Positions 10,989 through 25,150 of a stretch of 64,000 nt of DNA are shown piece by piece. The notes beneath the pieces were generated by a model. The model was not told where the DNA came from. It did no database searches and saw only the letters and a program-made list of their open reading frames with translations. A program made the position numbers and the translations under genes. Within the stretch, counting starts at the first letter, position 1, and the number at the start of each line of letters is the position of its first letter. The DNA is from Callorhinchus milii (taxonomy: Eukaryota), in the NCBI RefSeq assembly GCF_018977255.1, contig NW_024704742.1, positions 116,314,001 through 116,378,000 of the forward strand, given 5' to 3'.

Positions 10989-11829
10989 AAACAAAGGAAC
11001 ACAGAAAGGTACAGGACTGGAAAATACTGAAGATAATGTGCATTTTCTATTGTGCTCGCAATGTTGAAACAAGATAATAATGATAATAATAGAATTCAAG
11101 CTATAGATAGTTTGGACCATATTCAATCTTTGGTTGAATTATTATATTATCATTGCCAATTACATCATCTATTTGCTTCATAATTACAGCTTTGATATAA
11201 TTTGTAATATTTGTGGTTTCAAAGCCTACAGATTCATATCAAAAATATTTCATCAGAGTAAAGTGATATGTGTGATGTTTTTTAATTATGCATTTACACA
11301 TTGCAGATGATGCTATTCTCCTGCCAGCACAATTAACACAGGGAGAATGTCAGCCTTATGGACAATACAACAACAACAAGATTACATTTGTATAGTGGCT
11401 TTCACGTCGGGAGGATGTCCCAAGGCGCTGGTCAGAGCACAGCATTTCAGACCCGAGCTGGGGTCAGGGGGTGAAAAGGGAGGGGAATAGGTTTGTTTAA
11501 AATGGAAGTCGTATGTTTACTTTCAATGTAACAATCTGCAAGTAGTGATTCCCAAACACATGATGAAAACAGCACTAACAATACAATACAAAATTATATT
11601 TATATAGCAGCTTTCAAGTCGGGATGACGTCCCAAGACGCTGGGCCTAACTGGTGCTGGAAGCCAATTAAACCAGGGAATTGACTCATTGTCTCTGCCTG
11701 TGAGGCTTACTGAGTGTGGGAGTAGCTGATCTTTATAGAATGCTTCAGCGTATTGAGTAATATCCTTCAATATTTGGTACCAGCTGTGCCCATTGCAGCT
11801 ATACTTGCAACCCAAGAATACAATAAGGA

Positions 11830-12364
11830 AAGTAGATTGCTAACTCATTGCTTGTCAGCCTCCCCAGTTCCTCCCTCCACATGCTGCATATCATCCAGAA
11901 ATCTGGAGCCAGTGTCCTCTCCCGCACTAGGCTCTGCAACCCTATCACCCCCATCCTCGCCCAACTCCACTGGCTTCCCATCACACAGAGGATACAGTTC
12001 AAGATCCTGGTCCTCACCTTCAAAGCCCTCCCTCTACCATCCTGTTCGATCCCTCCGCTCAGCGGGCTCTGGCCTGCTTCACATCCCCCACCTCGCTCGC
12101 CCCACCATTGGTTGACAGGGCTTCCGCCATTCTGCCCCACCTTCTGGAACTCCATCCTGCAGCCCCTCCACCTTGCCCCCCTCTCTTGCCACTTTCAAGA
12201 CCCTCCTCTTCAACCGTGCTTTCGATCTCCCTGCTTCCCCCCCCCTCCCCTCCACCCACCCCCATCCCGACTCTCAGCTCGGATCTGTAACTCTGTCTAT
12301 CCAGCGCCTTGAGATGTCCTCCTGATGTGAAAGGTGCTTTACAAATGTAAGTTTGTTGTTGTTG
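11830..12364 (+). mobile_element. L2 LINE 3' fragment
   Basis: ORF 11848-12312 contains ITPILAQLHWLPITQRIQFKILVLTFKAL, typical of the L2 ORF2 C-terminus; (ttg)n tail. Confidence 0.9.
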
Positions 12365-13009
12365 TAGATTGACACGCAGACAGACACACATTTCATCTTT
12401 ATCTATACTCATCTGGGAGGACTCCTTTTGGGAGGACTTGGTGCTTTAGAAATTTATTTTGTTGTTATTGCCGTGGCTTAGCTTCATCTGTGTTCTTTAT
12501 TTTGTTCCTTCCACTTATGCCCATTTTACTCCCAGAAGCAAGACCTTTCCGATGAGGTATACATTATGTCTCTACGGCAATCGGTTAATGAGATCCTTCG
12601 TGAAGCACAGACAAACATTGTCATTTTATTGGTATAGATAATGCCTTTCATGTTAGGAGGACATCTCAAAACGCTTCACGGGATATATTGGAAAGTGGAG
12701 CGACTGCACAGAATTTAATTAATTAATCCTTGATTTGATATAGTGCCTTATCACATCTTCAAGGTGTCTCAAAGTGCTTCGCAGGATATACTGTGTATTT
12801 TGTACCATAAATAGCCATGGAGTGAATGAACAATTTTATATGAGGATTGTAGCCAAGAGACCAAGGAGAAACTCTCTTCTCTTTTTGAATAGTGGCATGG
12901 GAAAAAGGGGAGGTGATGGTTGGCACAGTTGAAGATGAAGGTCTTCAGGTGCAATCTGAAGACAGGCAAAGAAGGACAAGGGGGAGGGATTGAGGCAGGA
13001 AGTTCCTGA

Positions 13010-16007
13010 GTTAGCATTAGAAAAAGTAAAGACAATAAGTTAGCATTAGAAAAAGTAAAGATGATAGTGCAGAATAGCATGCCAGATAATAGGAATATGT
13101 TAACTAGGGGTAAGAATCTTGGCAAAGTAGATAAGGAATCAGAGAGTAGAGGAAATGGTAGGAAATTAAAAATTTTATATCTGAAAGCGCGAAGCATTCA
13201 GAATAAAACTGATGAATTAAAAGCGCAGATAGACACATATGGGTATGATCTAGTAGCCATCACTGAAACATGGTTACAAGGAGATCTAGGGTGGGAGTTA
13301 AATATTCCAGGGTTCTCAGTTTACAGGAAAGATAGGCACTGTGGGAAAAGAGGTGGGGGGGATCTGAAATCCGATGACCAGGAGGTCGAGACAATATGGG
13401 TGGAAATAAAAAATAATAAAAGGCAGAAAATATTAATGGGAGTGGTTTATAGACCCCCAAACAGCGATCACAATGTAGCACAGGGTATCAGTCAAGAAAT
13501 CAGTGGAGCATGTAGGAAAGGTAAAGCGATAATAGTGGGTGATTTCAATCTCCACATAGATTGGGAAAACCAAATCGGCAAAAGTAGGTCAGAAGAAGAG
13601 TTCATTGAGTGTATGAGAGATAACTTTCGAGAGCAGCATGCTGAGGAACCAACTAGGCTATCCTTGACCTTGCTTTGTGTAACGAAACAGGGCTAGTTGG
13701 CAGTGTAGGTATTAAGAATCCTCTAGGGCAGAGTGATCACAATATGATTGAATTCTGCATTAAGTTAGAGAGGGATATAGTTAAATCCGAGGCAAGTATT
13801 CTGAATTTAAATAGGGCTAATTTTGTAGGTATGAGGAAAGATTTAGGTAAAATAGACTGGAGAATAAGATTAAGAGGTAAAAATGTAGACCAACAGTGGC
13901 AAATATTTAAGGATGTAGTGCAAAATTCTCAGCGGTCGCATATTCCCTTGCGGAATAAGAGTACCACAGGGAAAGCAATTCATCCGTGGCTAACTAGAGC
14001 AGTTAGGGAAAGCATCAAATTAAAAGAAAAGGCTTATAAAACTGCCAAGAAAAGCAGCAAATCTGAAGATTGGGAGAGTTTTAGAAACCAGCAAAATAAA
14101 ACTAAGAAAAAGGAGTATGAGGGTAAGCTAGCTAGGAACATTAAGTCTGATTGTAAAAGTTTTTACAAATATACTAAGAGGAATAGGCTAGTGAGGGTAA
14201 ATGTAGGTCCACTTCAGTCAGAGACGGGAGAAGTTGTAATGGGGGATAAGGACATGGCAGAGTCCCTAAATGGGTATTTGGCATCTGTCTTCACCCTAGA
14301 AGACACAAATCTGCCAACAATAGAAATGCACCAAGGGGATAAGGACAGGGAGCAACTTAGGGAAATTTTCATTAGTAGAGAATTGGTGCTAGGGAAACTG
14401 TTAGCACTAAAAAGTGACAAATCCCCTGGTCCGGATGGCTTGCATCCCAGGGTTTTAAAAGAGGTAGCTTATGAGATAGTGGAGGCCTTATGTCTGATCT
14501 TCCAAAATTCCTTGGATTCTGGAACAGTCCCCATGGATTGGAAGATCGCAAATGTCACACCACTATTTAAAAAAGGTGGAAAGGAAAAGATGGGGAACTA
14601 TAGGCCAGTTAGTCTCACATCAGTGATAGGAAAAATTTTAGAATCATTGATTAAGGATGTGGTAGTGCGGTATTTAGGGAGCACAATATAATTAGGCAAA
14701 GTCAACATGGCTTTACAAAAGGGAAGTCATGTTTGACAAATCTCATAGAGTTTTTTGAGGATATTTCCAGTAAACTAGATAAGGGTGAATCAGTGGATGT
14801 GGTCTATTTGGACTTCCAGAAGGCATTCGATAAGGTGCCGCATAAAAGGTTAGTCCAAAAGATAAGGGCCCATGGAATTGGGGGGAGCATATTAACGTGG
14901 ATTGGGGAATGGTTAACGGGTAGGAAACAAAGAGTAGGGATAAACGGGTCCTTTTCAGATTGGTGGGATGTGACTAGTGGAGTGCCACAAGGATCAGTCC
15001 TTGGGCCTCAGCTATTTACCATCTACATCAACGATCTAGATGAGGACATCGAAGTTAATATATCTAAATTCGCGGATGACACAAAACTAGGAGGAAGTGT
15101 CAACACAGAGGACGACATTAAAAAAATGCAGCGAGACATAGATAGGTTAGGTGATTGGGCAGGTAGGTGGCAGATGAAGTATAATGTAGGGAAGTGCGAA
15201 ATCATCCACCTAGGTAGCAAAAACAGTAGAGCGGGTTATTTTTTAGAAGGGGAGAGATTGGAATGTGTTAGCGTCCAGAGGGACTTGGGTGTCCTTGTAC
15301 ACCAATCACAGAAAGTTAGTCTGCAGGGGCAGCAGCAATTAGGAAGGCGAACGGTATGTTAGCATTCATTATGAAAGGATTAGAGTATAAGAGTAGGGAA
15401 GTCTTGCTGCAACTGTATAGGGCCCTGGTGAGACCACACCTGGAATACTGTGTCCAGTTTTGGTCTCCTATTTAAGGAAGGATGTACTTGCCTTGGAGGG
15501 GTGCAGCGTAGATTTACTAGGTTAGTACCAGGGATGAAGGGGATGAGTTACGAGGATAGGCTGACCAATTTGGGCCTATATTCTCTAGAATATAGAAGAA
15601 TTAGAGGGGATCTTATAGAAACCTATAAGATCATCAAAGGGCATGATAGAGTAGATAGTGGGAGATTGTTTCCCCTGGTTGGAGAAACTAAAACCAGGGG
15701 TCACAACCTTAAAATCAGAGGCCAGCCCTTTTGCACTGAGTTGAGGAAGAACTTCTTCACTCAAAGGGTGGTGAATGTATGGAACTCACTACTCCAAAGG
15801 GCTGTTGACGCTCAGTCCTTGAACATATTCAAGACTGAGATAGATAGATTTCTTATTGCAAAAGGGATTAAGAGATATGGGGATAAGGCAGGGTCAGGTC
15901 ATTAGCTGGAGTTAGATTAGAAGATCAGCCATGATTGAATGGCAGGGCAGGCTCGAAGGGCTGAATGGCCTACTCCTGCTCCTACATGTTATGTTATGTT
16001 ATGTTAT
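13010..16007 (+). mobile_element. CR1 LINE, 5'-truncated, near-complete but frameshifted ORF2 (APE endonuclease + reverse transcriptase) and 3'UTR
   Basis: APE motifs YLKARSI, AITETWL, GVVYRPP, GDFN, SDH; RT motifs KSPGPDG, NYRPVSLTS, YLDFQKAFDKV, GVPQGSVLGP, KFADD; C-terminal TRGH; (atgtt)n tail ending ~16007. Confidence 0.96.
13061..15905 (+). pseudogene. CR1 ORF2 pseudogene in four main ORF pieces (13061-13696, 13675-14691, 14733-15362, 15450-15905)
   Basis: Collinear EN/RT domains broken by frameshifts near 13670, 14690, 15340 and 15470. Confidence 0.93.
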
Positions 16008-18464
16008 AAGTTTGGGGCCATAGTGGCTGTAAGTGCTGCTGTTGATAGTGGAGCAAAGGGGTCGAGGGATGTTCAGAGGTCTGTAGCTGGCTGAGCAAAG
16101 GGGGCAGGCAGAGGAGTAGGGTATAAGCAGGCTGGAGAGGTAGGGAGGTGCTGGGGCATCGAGTGATTTGTAGTTGAGTGTGAGGATTCACAGTGTGAGA
16201 AATAATGGAGAAACAGTCACATCCTGGGTTATTGGGCTCGAGTGCTCTGTGCCAACCTGCTTACACTTATCAAGCAACAAGAGCCTTTTCTCCCTTTTTA
16301 ATACTGATATTTTTTTCCTGATGTTACCAGCTCGCGGGTTGGAACAAGGACAAAATGTTTGCGATAAAGACCCATCTACAGCCCTAAATAAAAGGTTCCA
16401 TTGGACAGCGACAGGTAGTTTAATGAGCACTGTGCAGCCCATCTGGAAATGTCTGATAACACAATTAAACAAAAGCACCATAACTTAAGCCAAGATTGGT
16501 TTCAGATCTTTTTTGCCTGAGTTATTATTGTTGTCTAATGCAGTAAAGCTATCATTTTATTTACTGCCTGATACTTTGGGCACACATTGCACAGTACTGT
16601 TCTTCACAAGAACATATTTTCCTCTGATTTCTCTGGTAGTTTTTCTCTTGACTGTCAATTAATTGGCAGAAGATTTATCGGGAAATATGCCTTTAGTCTT
16701 CTTTCTGTTGTTCTTTTGTTTCTTTCCCTTTTTTTAATCTCTAGATGGTTTCTTACAACATGGGCAGTGACTACTAATACAAAGCAACTAACATTTTTAT
16801 AGCGTCTTTCACACCTCAAAGCACTTTACATAGCTCACTAAGGGATAGGGGAAGGAGATAGCTGAAGAAGGTTGTGGAGTGAGGGTGGTGGGGTTGAAAG
16901 ATAACGGAAAAGAGGTGAATTTTAAGATGGGCTTTAAAAGAGTGGAGGAAGAGAGGGGGGGAGGGTGCGAGTTAGAGGGATTCCAGGATAGAGAAGACTT
17001 AAAAAGTTAAACAAGGTGAACTAATAAAAAGCCCATACTCAACGAGGCATGAAGTTGTTAGGGAAAAAAGCTAGAATTGTGGGCTGCAAAATCCTGTAAT
17101 GCTTTTCGTGATTCAGATGTACTGGTTGTCTTTATCCAATATCTGTATAATTGCGCAATTGGCTGCTACGTTTCACTCACAAGATACACAGTCAATCTAT
17201 TTTACGATATATCCTGTGAAGTGCTTTGAGACTTCTCAATGTGTGATAAGGCACTATACCAAATACACAGAATATCAAATTCAAGGATTAATATAATGTC
17301 TTTCACTCTATCTGTCTCTTTTTTGTCTGCATTCATTCTTTGTCATTTTCGGGATGTCCTCCCGACATGAAAGGTGCATAAAAATTTAATTTTGTTGTTG
17401 TTGTTGTTCTTGCTTTATTTATCTCTCTGGCTTTTATTGTACATTCGGCAGTTTCAAAACAGGCTGTCGTCAGCCAAGACTGCAGTGAGGGCAGGAAGAG
17501 AAGGTGCCTCACAAATTTAACACTAGTGGTTTTTGGCGACACACAGGGTCCTGGACAAATAGTACTTGGGGGCATCAGAGATTTGCATGTTTATTGCCGC
17601 ATTTTATTGCATTATTAATGGTGACAATGAATATGCGATCTTTACAAATCGGAACTGACTTGCAGTCTGCCATCGCTGCAGGCCTTTTGATTTCAGGCTG
17701 CTTCTCGGCTGAGAAAAAGCTTGAAACCTACTGCAAGTGGTCAGAGAAAAGAACACCAGATAAAAAATAGCATTTTGCAGGCATTCAGGATTGGAATTTT
17801 TTCCGATTTTTGTGATTTAGCCCCGAGTCACTTCACAATGAATCCTATGAAGAGCTTTGAAACGTTCTTCTGAAGTAAAAGGTGCTGTATTAAATGTAAG
17901 GATTACTATTATATTGGAATTCATAGCGATTCCTGCAATCTCATTTAATATTGGTGTGTGGTTATATGTGGGAATATCACATTTTAATCCCAATGTAAAT
18001 GAAGTGACAACACACCTGCAGAGCCACTTGATGTTATATCTTGAGCTGCTTCTTTTCCATCACTGGAGGCAGCAGTGTTATGTTATTATACCATTTTAAA
18101 AGTATGAATTTATCTCACATCTTACGTTTTTATTAGTATAATATTGAATGAAAGTTATTTATAGGTGAATGGGATCGAATTGATAAAATCTCCTAAACAG
18201 AGCTTAGCACTTAACCCACATCAAAACGTGTGCTACATGGAGTACATAGTGAAGAAAACCCAGATACAGGGGGTGTCTCTGTTTCCCTCCTTCACTGTGT
18301 ATCTCCTTGGCCGCCGTGGAACATTGCTGTCTGCAAATTGGCTGCTGCATTTGCCAAAAAATGACACTAAATTTACATTATATCCTGTGAAACACTTTGA
18401 GAGATATTGAAGAGATGATAAGGCCCTATATCAAATGCAAATATTATTATTATTATATGTATTT

Positions 18465-18791
18465 GTGGAGTCTTGTAGCTCAGTGGTGAGAGCACTCGCC
18501 TCTCAAGCGAGAAACCTGGGTTCGATTCCCAGCAGGGAGAAACCTTGGGCAAGTTTCCTTACTCCACACTCCTAATAATAATCCCTCAAGAAAAAAAACA
18601 ATAATAAATGGGTCACTTCAATCCACGACTGTTTGTGGGACACTGCTGTGCGCAATTTGGCTGCCGCATTTCGCTCACAAATATACAATCAATTCACTTT
18701 GTATAGCACATAGCATATTCTATGAAGTGCTTGGAGACATCTAGAAGACATGAAAAGCGCTATATCAAATACAAGGGTTATTATTATTATT
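18465..18791 (+). mobile_element. Full-length tRNA-derived SINE, preceded by another SINE 3' half (~18310-18456)
   Basis: A box tagctcagtgg, B box ggttcgattcc, shared body, (tta)n tail. Confidence 0.92.
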
Positions 18792-19719
18792 TATCTGATC
18801 TCCGTGTTTCCAGTCACTGATTCACTCTCTCCCTTTAATGCCATATAACTTGCTTTTCCAGACTCTTACTTCCATCTACATGTAATTCCAATTGTGCCCC
18901 TTCACAATTATCTTGACACATGTCAAAAATTAACCATCTGTCCGATATACAGCCCAATTCCCCCAACAGACGAGCTCAGGTTAAACTTAATCACTGGCCC
19001 TGTGACACCACACCAGCTGCTGCTTCTCTCCTACACTACGAGTCTATATGGAATTCAAACTGAGTTTAAATAATCTTAAAGTAAATTCAAATCAAAACTT
19101 TTATTTTGAATTTCCGATATCTTTCAGAATCAGGTTGCAGCCTGATTCTTTTGAAATTGTGGCTCAGTCCTTAACCTGCTGTCCCTATCAAGCCAAGGTA
19201 AAATTTGATTTGAACGTCTTCTCTACATTTTAAGTTACTCTTTATTTTTGGTTACTATTAATGAGGATAGAGTCTCAGTGACTCAAATGTATGGAGAGGA
19301 ATGGGAAACTAAATGTTGGATCTTTCTGCACACAGTAGGTCTAAGTTGTGATAAGAAGGGAGTCTTCAACCAAATTGACTGCTGTGTTCGCCTACAAAAC
19401 AGAAACGTTTGTCACTTCACAGTGTATCCTGTGAAGCACTTTGAGATGTTTTCCTGCCATGAAAGGCACTATATCAAATGCAAGGTTTATTAAAGTATTA
19501 TGACAAATCAACAGTCATTACATTTCATGATAAATCATGTGGAGTGCTTTGAGATGTCCTGTAAAGGCGCAATATCGAATGCAAGGATTATCATTATTAT
19601 TAATCTCCCACCCTGCTTCGACGACTCACAACCATTTCCTGTGAAGCACTTATTGAGATGTTTTCCTATGTGAAAGGTGCTTTATAAATTCAAGTTGTTA
19701 AAAATCAGGAAATGGGTGC

Positions 19720-20210
19720 AGGTTTGAATGATGTTTTAGAGCCTCCATAAGCAGTGGAGTTGCATCTGAGGCTGGAGAAAGCCAATTGCTACCCCGTTAT
19801 TCAAAAAAGAAGTGAAACATGAGCCTAAAAATTACAAACCATTTAGCCTAACATGTGTAGTCAGAAAGTGCTTGAGAGCTTTCCATGCCATGTTATTAAT
19901 GCTCATCTAAAGAATACAGACGCTATAAGAGTAGTCAACATGGATTTAGAAGCAATTGATCACGACTCACTAATTTGCTGGAATTCTTTGAAGACATAAG
20001 TAAACTCATGGATGAGGGGCTGTAGTTTATTTGGATTTTCAAATGCAGTTTGATAAGTTTCCACATGTGATGGTTTAAAGACATTTAAGGCTCACAGAAT
20101 TAATGTTAAATTAGCTAGCTGGATTGAAAACTGTCAGCAATGCGAAGTCAAGGGTGGAAAATGGAATAACCTCTGTCTGGGAGGTAGTGAATAGAAGAGC
20201 TTCTCAAGTT
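19720..20210 (+). mobile_element. Old CR1 RT fragment
   Basis: Degenerate P.FKK, NY.P.SLT, SQHGF, LTNLLEFFE and YLDF..FDK.PH codons. Confidence 0.75.
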
Positions 20211-21104
20211 CCCTTCTATCCAGACTGATCAGAAATAGCTTGAAGGAAGATATGTATTGTATTGAACAATTTGCAATGATAAAAAGAATGCTTGCATTTG
20301 ATATTTACAATTTATATTCAGTTTTTTACATTGTCAATACATCTCAAAGCGCTTTACAGGGTATTGAGGTGTAGTGACTGTGTCTATGTAGACAAACACA
20401 CAGCCAATTTGCACATAGTAATGTCTCACAAACAGCTAAAATCCTGACATAGCAGCGTCTAAATCAGGCCAACTTGCAGCCTCACCATGCATGGGTAAAA
20501 TAGCAAGTTGTCCATCCCTTATCTAAATCATCACACACTTCAAATCATGCCTTCAGATTCTGGTCAGAGAGACAACAAAATGTGAAGTTCAATTTGAAGC
20601 TGCTACCTTATAGTAGGATTGTTCTATAATTTAGGGAACGCTCGTTGGGAAAATGGCAGTATAAATGGCACCTTGTGACAGAATAAGTACCCCAGAAAGT
20701 AAAGTGCATCTCTCAATTCCGAGAATTTGACTCCGATGAGATCTTGACTTAGAGTTGAGTGCTTGTGAGTTCTATGTGCTACTCAGCACTGACTGATTTG
20801 CCTGCCAATTGACTGTTCTGCTGCCTGCAGTGTTCTTTCATTGTCGAGATGTTGTGTTGGGAGTTAGGCACTTTTTAAAGGGAAATGTCATGGGAAAAAG
20901 AATGATATTGGTGTTAATGACATTTATCAGTTCACTGATGAGAAATCTGGTTGCCTGAGGAATGCCTGCATAGATTTTGTGATGTTACCTGGGGATTGAT
21001 GGCTTGGTCACTGAGAGAAATTATTCCTGAAAACCAGTGGTAGGTTGGAAGTGATGAAGGGTGAATAGCAGACCACAATTTGGGATGTGAAGGGAATGGT
21101 TATA

Positions 21105-21332
21105 ATACAATATCAAATTACATTTATATAGTGCCTTTTACCTCGGGGGGACGTCCCAAGACGTTTGAAAGTCAGGGATTTGAACCTGAATAGGGGCATT
21201 GGGATCAGGGAGGGTGCAGGGCAAGGAGGGTAAGAGAGTGTCCAAAGGCGCGGTCAAAGAGGAAGGTCTTGATAGGTGTCTTGAAGGAAGCGAGGGAGCG
21301 AGGCCATGGGAATATGGGATAGAGTTCCAAAA
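21105..21332 (-). mobile_element. L2 3' fragment
   Basis: Reverse complement of the L2 tail (ggacgtcccaagacg) followed by body ending gagttccaaa. Confidence 0.75.
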
Positions 21333-22214
21333 AGTGGAGAATGGACCTGTATTTTATCCTATCTTACATTTATCTATAACCATTGTCTTCTATCTTATGT
21401 TCATTTACATCAAAATGCATCTCCCCCTAATTGACCGAATCTCCTGCATTCATGATATCTTGATGTTTAGTTTTTCTGAGGAAAATTTCATTTCCGTTCA
21501 CCAGGTATGCCACAAAAGGTCAGGTTCTCAATGAAGCTGTCATGCTGTATGTGCTCTACTTAAAGGCTCAGAAATATTGAAGGCTCTTTCTATCATTGCT
21601 GGGCACTGCTCTTTCTCTAAATCGTAGCATTGCAAAGACCACCAAGTTTTGAACTGGAGTCAGGTTGGCAACCAGATAGAACCTGGTTCTGACTGAAATT
21701 TTGCAACAACTTTGCTTCCAATGTGGTTTCCACCAGATTTGAATTTACAAGATTTTGCAATGCTGTGTGGTCTCTACTTGTACACATCACAAACACCTTA
21801 TGTACCACTTTAGAATGAACAAGAAGAAGCAATTCTTCACGCACGCGGTTGCGAAGCTGTGGAACACTCTGCCCCAGAAAACTGCAGAGGTGGAATTGAT
21901 AGGATGCTCAAAAAGGACAGATACTCAGGCTATGATGAAAGGGCAGGGCATAGGGATTAGATCAGCCAAGATCTAATAATAATAAATGATGATAATCCTT
22001 GCATTTGATATAGAGCCTTATCACATCATCAAGACATCTCACATCTGTTAGATGTAAAGCCAAATTTACCATTCAATTTGCACACAGAAATGTCCCACAA
22101 ATAGCTATGAATTGAATGATCATTTTTTGTTTGGGGTATTGTTCGCCAGGATAGCAATGATAAATTAGCGGAACACACTATAGGCTGAATGGCTTCCTAT
22201 GTCTCAGGCAGCAA

Positions 22215-22870
22215 TTCAAAAGTTAGATTCAGATGAAGAAGGCCCTTTGGCCAATTTCATCTCACCCTTCCAGAATACTCAATTTGCAGCCCTCCCAATG
22301 CAGTATCAAGCTGCTTTTTCTTTAACAATCTAGCATCCTGGCCTCAACCACACTTCCTGGTAACCTGTTCCAGTCATTAATTATCCTTTGGATAAAGAGA
22401 TGCTTCCTGGTGTTTGTCCTGAAATTGCCTTTTGCAACCATAAACTTGTGCCCTCTTGTTTGGCTGCCTCATGCATCTGAAAGTATTGTTCTGCATTTAC
22501 TTTCTCAATCCTGTTTACAAATTATATACTTCTATGAGGATCCTTCTGAGATGTCCCTTTTCAAAACTGTGAGGCCCAGCTCATCTAATTGTTGCTCATT
22601 GCTCTAACAATAAGGATCATTCCCTTTGCCGTTCTCTGCACTGCCTCTAGGGCATTCCCCTTATGTTACAGCAATATGTCATTACTCTAGGTGGAGCCTG
22701 ACCACAACACTGTACAGCTTGAGAATAAGTTCTGGGGATCTGAAGTCACTAATTTGGTAATATAGCCCAGCATCCTGTTTGTCTTGTTTAGTGTTGCCAC
22801 ACACTGTTTTGACATGTTGGCCAATGCATCAACTAACACTCCAAGATCTCTTTCAGGTTCATGATCAGCA
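22215..22870 (-). mobile_element. Old CR1 3' fragment
   Basis: Reverse-complement CR1 3' ORF2/UTR features (aacctgttccagtcattaatta, tgcactgcctctag, actccaagatctctttc). Confidence 0.65.
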
Positions 22871-23394
22871 GCAAGAAATCTATTGGGGTTATTGGGATCT
22901 GATGTTTTGTGTGTCAGCTCCTGTGCATCCAGTTGAGGCTAAACTAAATGACTGAAAATAATTGATGTAAGTAAATCATGGGACTAGGAATTTCCTCAAA
23001 TAATAATTTGAGTACCCTATGCTACTGGATCCAGTGTTTCTTTCCCCCTCAGATCTAACGTTCTAACCTTCAAGCACTCCGGGATGCTATACCCTGTGCG
23101 AAGGGCACTATATAAATGCAAGTTGTTGTTGCAACTTTGAAGGAAATGTTTAGGTGAGAGTGTGTGAATGATTTATTTGATGTTTGGAAAAAACAAGATG
23201 GGATAAATTCAGAGGAACTGTTTTGGTGTCATTTAATGTAATGATGCTTCCAATTTAACAATATATTCATTTAAATATATTTATTGATTTCAACTTTGTA
23301 CCAGTACAGATAAGACTGCAGTTCTTTGATTTGTACATCAATAATACATTCATCGAGGAAAGTGAAATTCCACCGGTTGGCAAAGTTAAATAAG

Positions 23395-23635
23395 AACGAA
23401 CTTGCATTTTTATAATTCCTTATCACATTGAAGCATCTCAAACTGCTTCCCAAATAACCTCTGTTAAGTGTAGTGTAGGGAATCACTCCATCAAAGTCCC
23501 ACAAACAGCCATGCGGTGAGTTATCTATTAAGCTGGAGGATTGCTGGCCAAGACACCAGGTCCTTCATCTTGAATAAAGTATTGGGATCTTTAACATCCA
23601 CCTGAACAGGCAGAGAGGATCTCTCTTTAACATCA
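23395..23635 (-). mobile_element. Deu-domain SINE fragment
   Basis: ctggccaagacaccagg...tgggatctttaacatccacctgaacaggcagagagg with upstream SINE tail. Confidence 0.7.
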
Positions 23636-24654
23636 CACAGGAAACGTAACTCATCGGATCTAAAATGTAGATTGGGCTAATTGCACATTGACTGAATAAG
23701 CTCAAACCTCAAGATACACCAATGAAAAGGACGCCAGGTAATTCTGTAATATATTTCAATGGTCAATTGCATAAAAGTACCTGCATATTTTGAACATGGT
23801 TAGCCCATGGACTGTTAGCCCAACCTGCATGTTAGACCAACCAGCAGAATTTCACATACCTATCCCGCCTCCCTCTGCCCTCGTAGAACTGGAAACATTT
23901 TAGAATCACACTTAAAATTTGTTTAGCAGGAGTTGTAAAAATAGTTTCTACATTTCATGAAAGGTTAACATGAACTTTTTATAGCACGCATTTCTTTTCA
24001 AAACAAATCTCTGTCACATCCATAGCAACACTCCTGTCATCATTCAATCCAACATCAAAGCAAACATGAGTAATCCATGCTGAACGACAAAAACACAAAG
24101 GCAGGTGGATATGCATCCTTTGAAGAGAATGATAAAAGAAAATCATTCTGGAAATTTAGATTTGAATGCACACTTTAGTCAGGCATTTTGAAAGGCTGAA
24201 TTCAGTAGAAAGCATTCAAAATGCAAAACAATAATCACGTCCATCAAAGAGTGAATGTTCTCAGACTGCTCTTCAACAAACTTGTGCCTGATTTCTTGTT
24301 ATCACAAGACAAGCTATAATTAGGCATTTGTTGAAAGTTCAGATACATTGATTCTGGCTTCAGTCTAGTGCAAGTTACAGGTCCAAAGCTGCTACCATAA
24401 ACATTGACTGGTTTTATTGGAGTGAAATAAGATGAAGTAAATTATGATTCACCTAGTTGCAAACAATTTTTAAAAGGCCTTGAAATGGATTCACTATTAA
24501 CTTATTGGAGGAATTTCTCTTTGTTTTGTTTACTTATTTTTTTTACCTCAATTCCCCCACTCCCCCACCCACCACTCCTATGGCTTCCTACTGAATGCCT
24601 TGGGTTTCTTATTCACCATTTGCACATCTAGTTTGAATATCTCATTTTAGACTA

Positions 24655-24900
24655 TTTTAAACATTAAAAATCCCATGGCGCTATTCAAAAAGAGAAGGGA
24701 ATTTCCCCAAGTGTCCTAGCCAAGAATCCCCTGAACAAAATTAATCATTCACTTCATGCCTATTTGTGGGACATTGCTGTGCACAAATTAGCTACTACAT
24801 TTACCCACAAAACGTGCAGTCACTCCACTTTGCAGTATATTCTGTGAAGCATTTTGAGATGTCCTCCTGATGTGTAAGGTGCTGAACTAAATATTATATT
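24655..24900 (+). mobile_element. Deu-domain SINE 3' part
   Basis: aaatcccatggcgctattcaaaaagagaagggaatttccccaagtgtcctagccaa...gtgggacattgctgtgcacaaatt. Confidence 0.72.
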
Positions 24901-25150
24901 ATTACATACGTATAGGTGGCATGCTGATGTGGAACACATAGATTCAACTGGCACTGGCTCAGGTAAATGTAGAAATCAATGACGGACTGCTGATGATAGA
25001 TCAGCCAGCCTGGCTCATCAGCTGAACTTTGGAGGAGCAGACTGGTGCGTGAGGGCAGAGACTTTTTTCCCCACTCAGCCCTAATGGGTAGGGTGTTTTA
25101 ACTGGACAAGCAGCAGGACAGTGCTCACAAAGGGAAGCTAAGGACTTTTA

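Larger units (their letters stand above)
12902..16185 (-). mobile_element. Older L2 3' fragment split by the CR1 insertion (halves ~12902-13010 and ~16008-16185)
   Basis: Left half ends ...gaggcaggaagttcctgag and right half starts aagtttggggccatagtggctg..., joining into the reverse-complement L2 motif gagttccagag(c)ttggggcc. Confidence 0.65.

Noticed and set aside
13061..15905. Intact or domesticated reverse transcriptase / novel RT system
   Set aside because: Ordinary CR1 ORF2 with several frameshifts, a standard 3' tail and sibling fragments in the window
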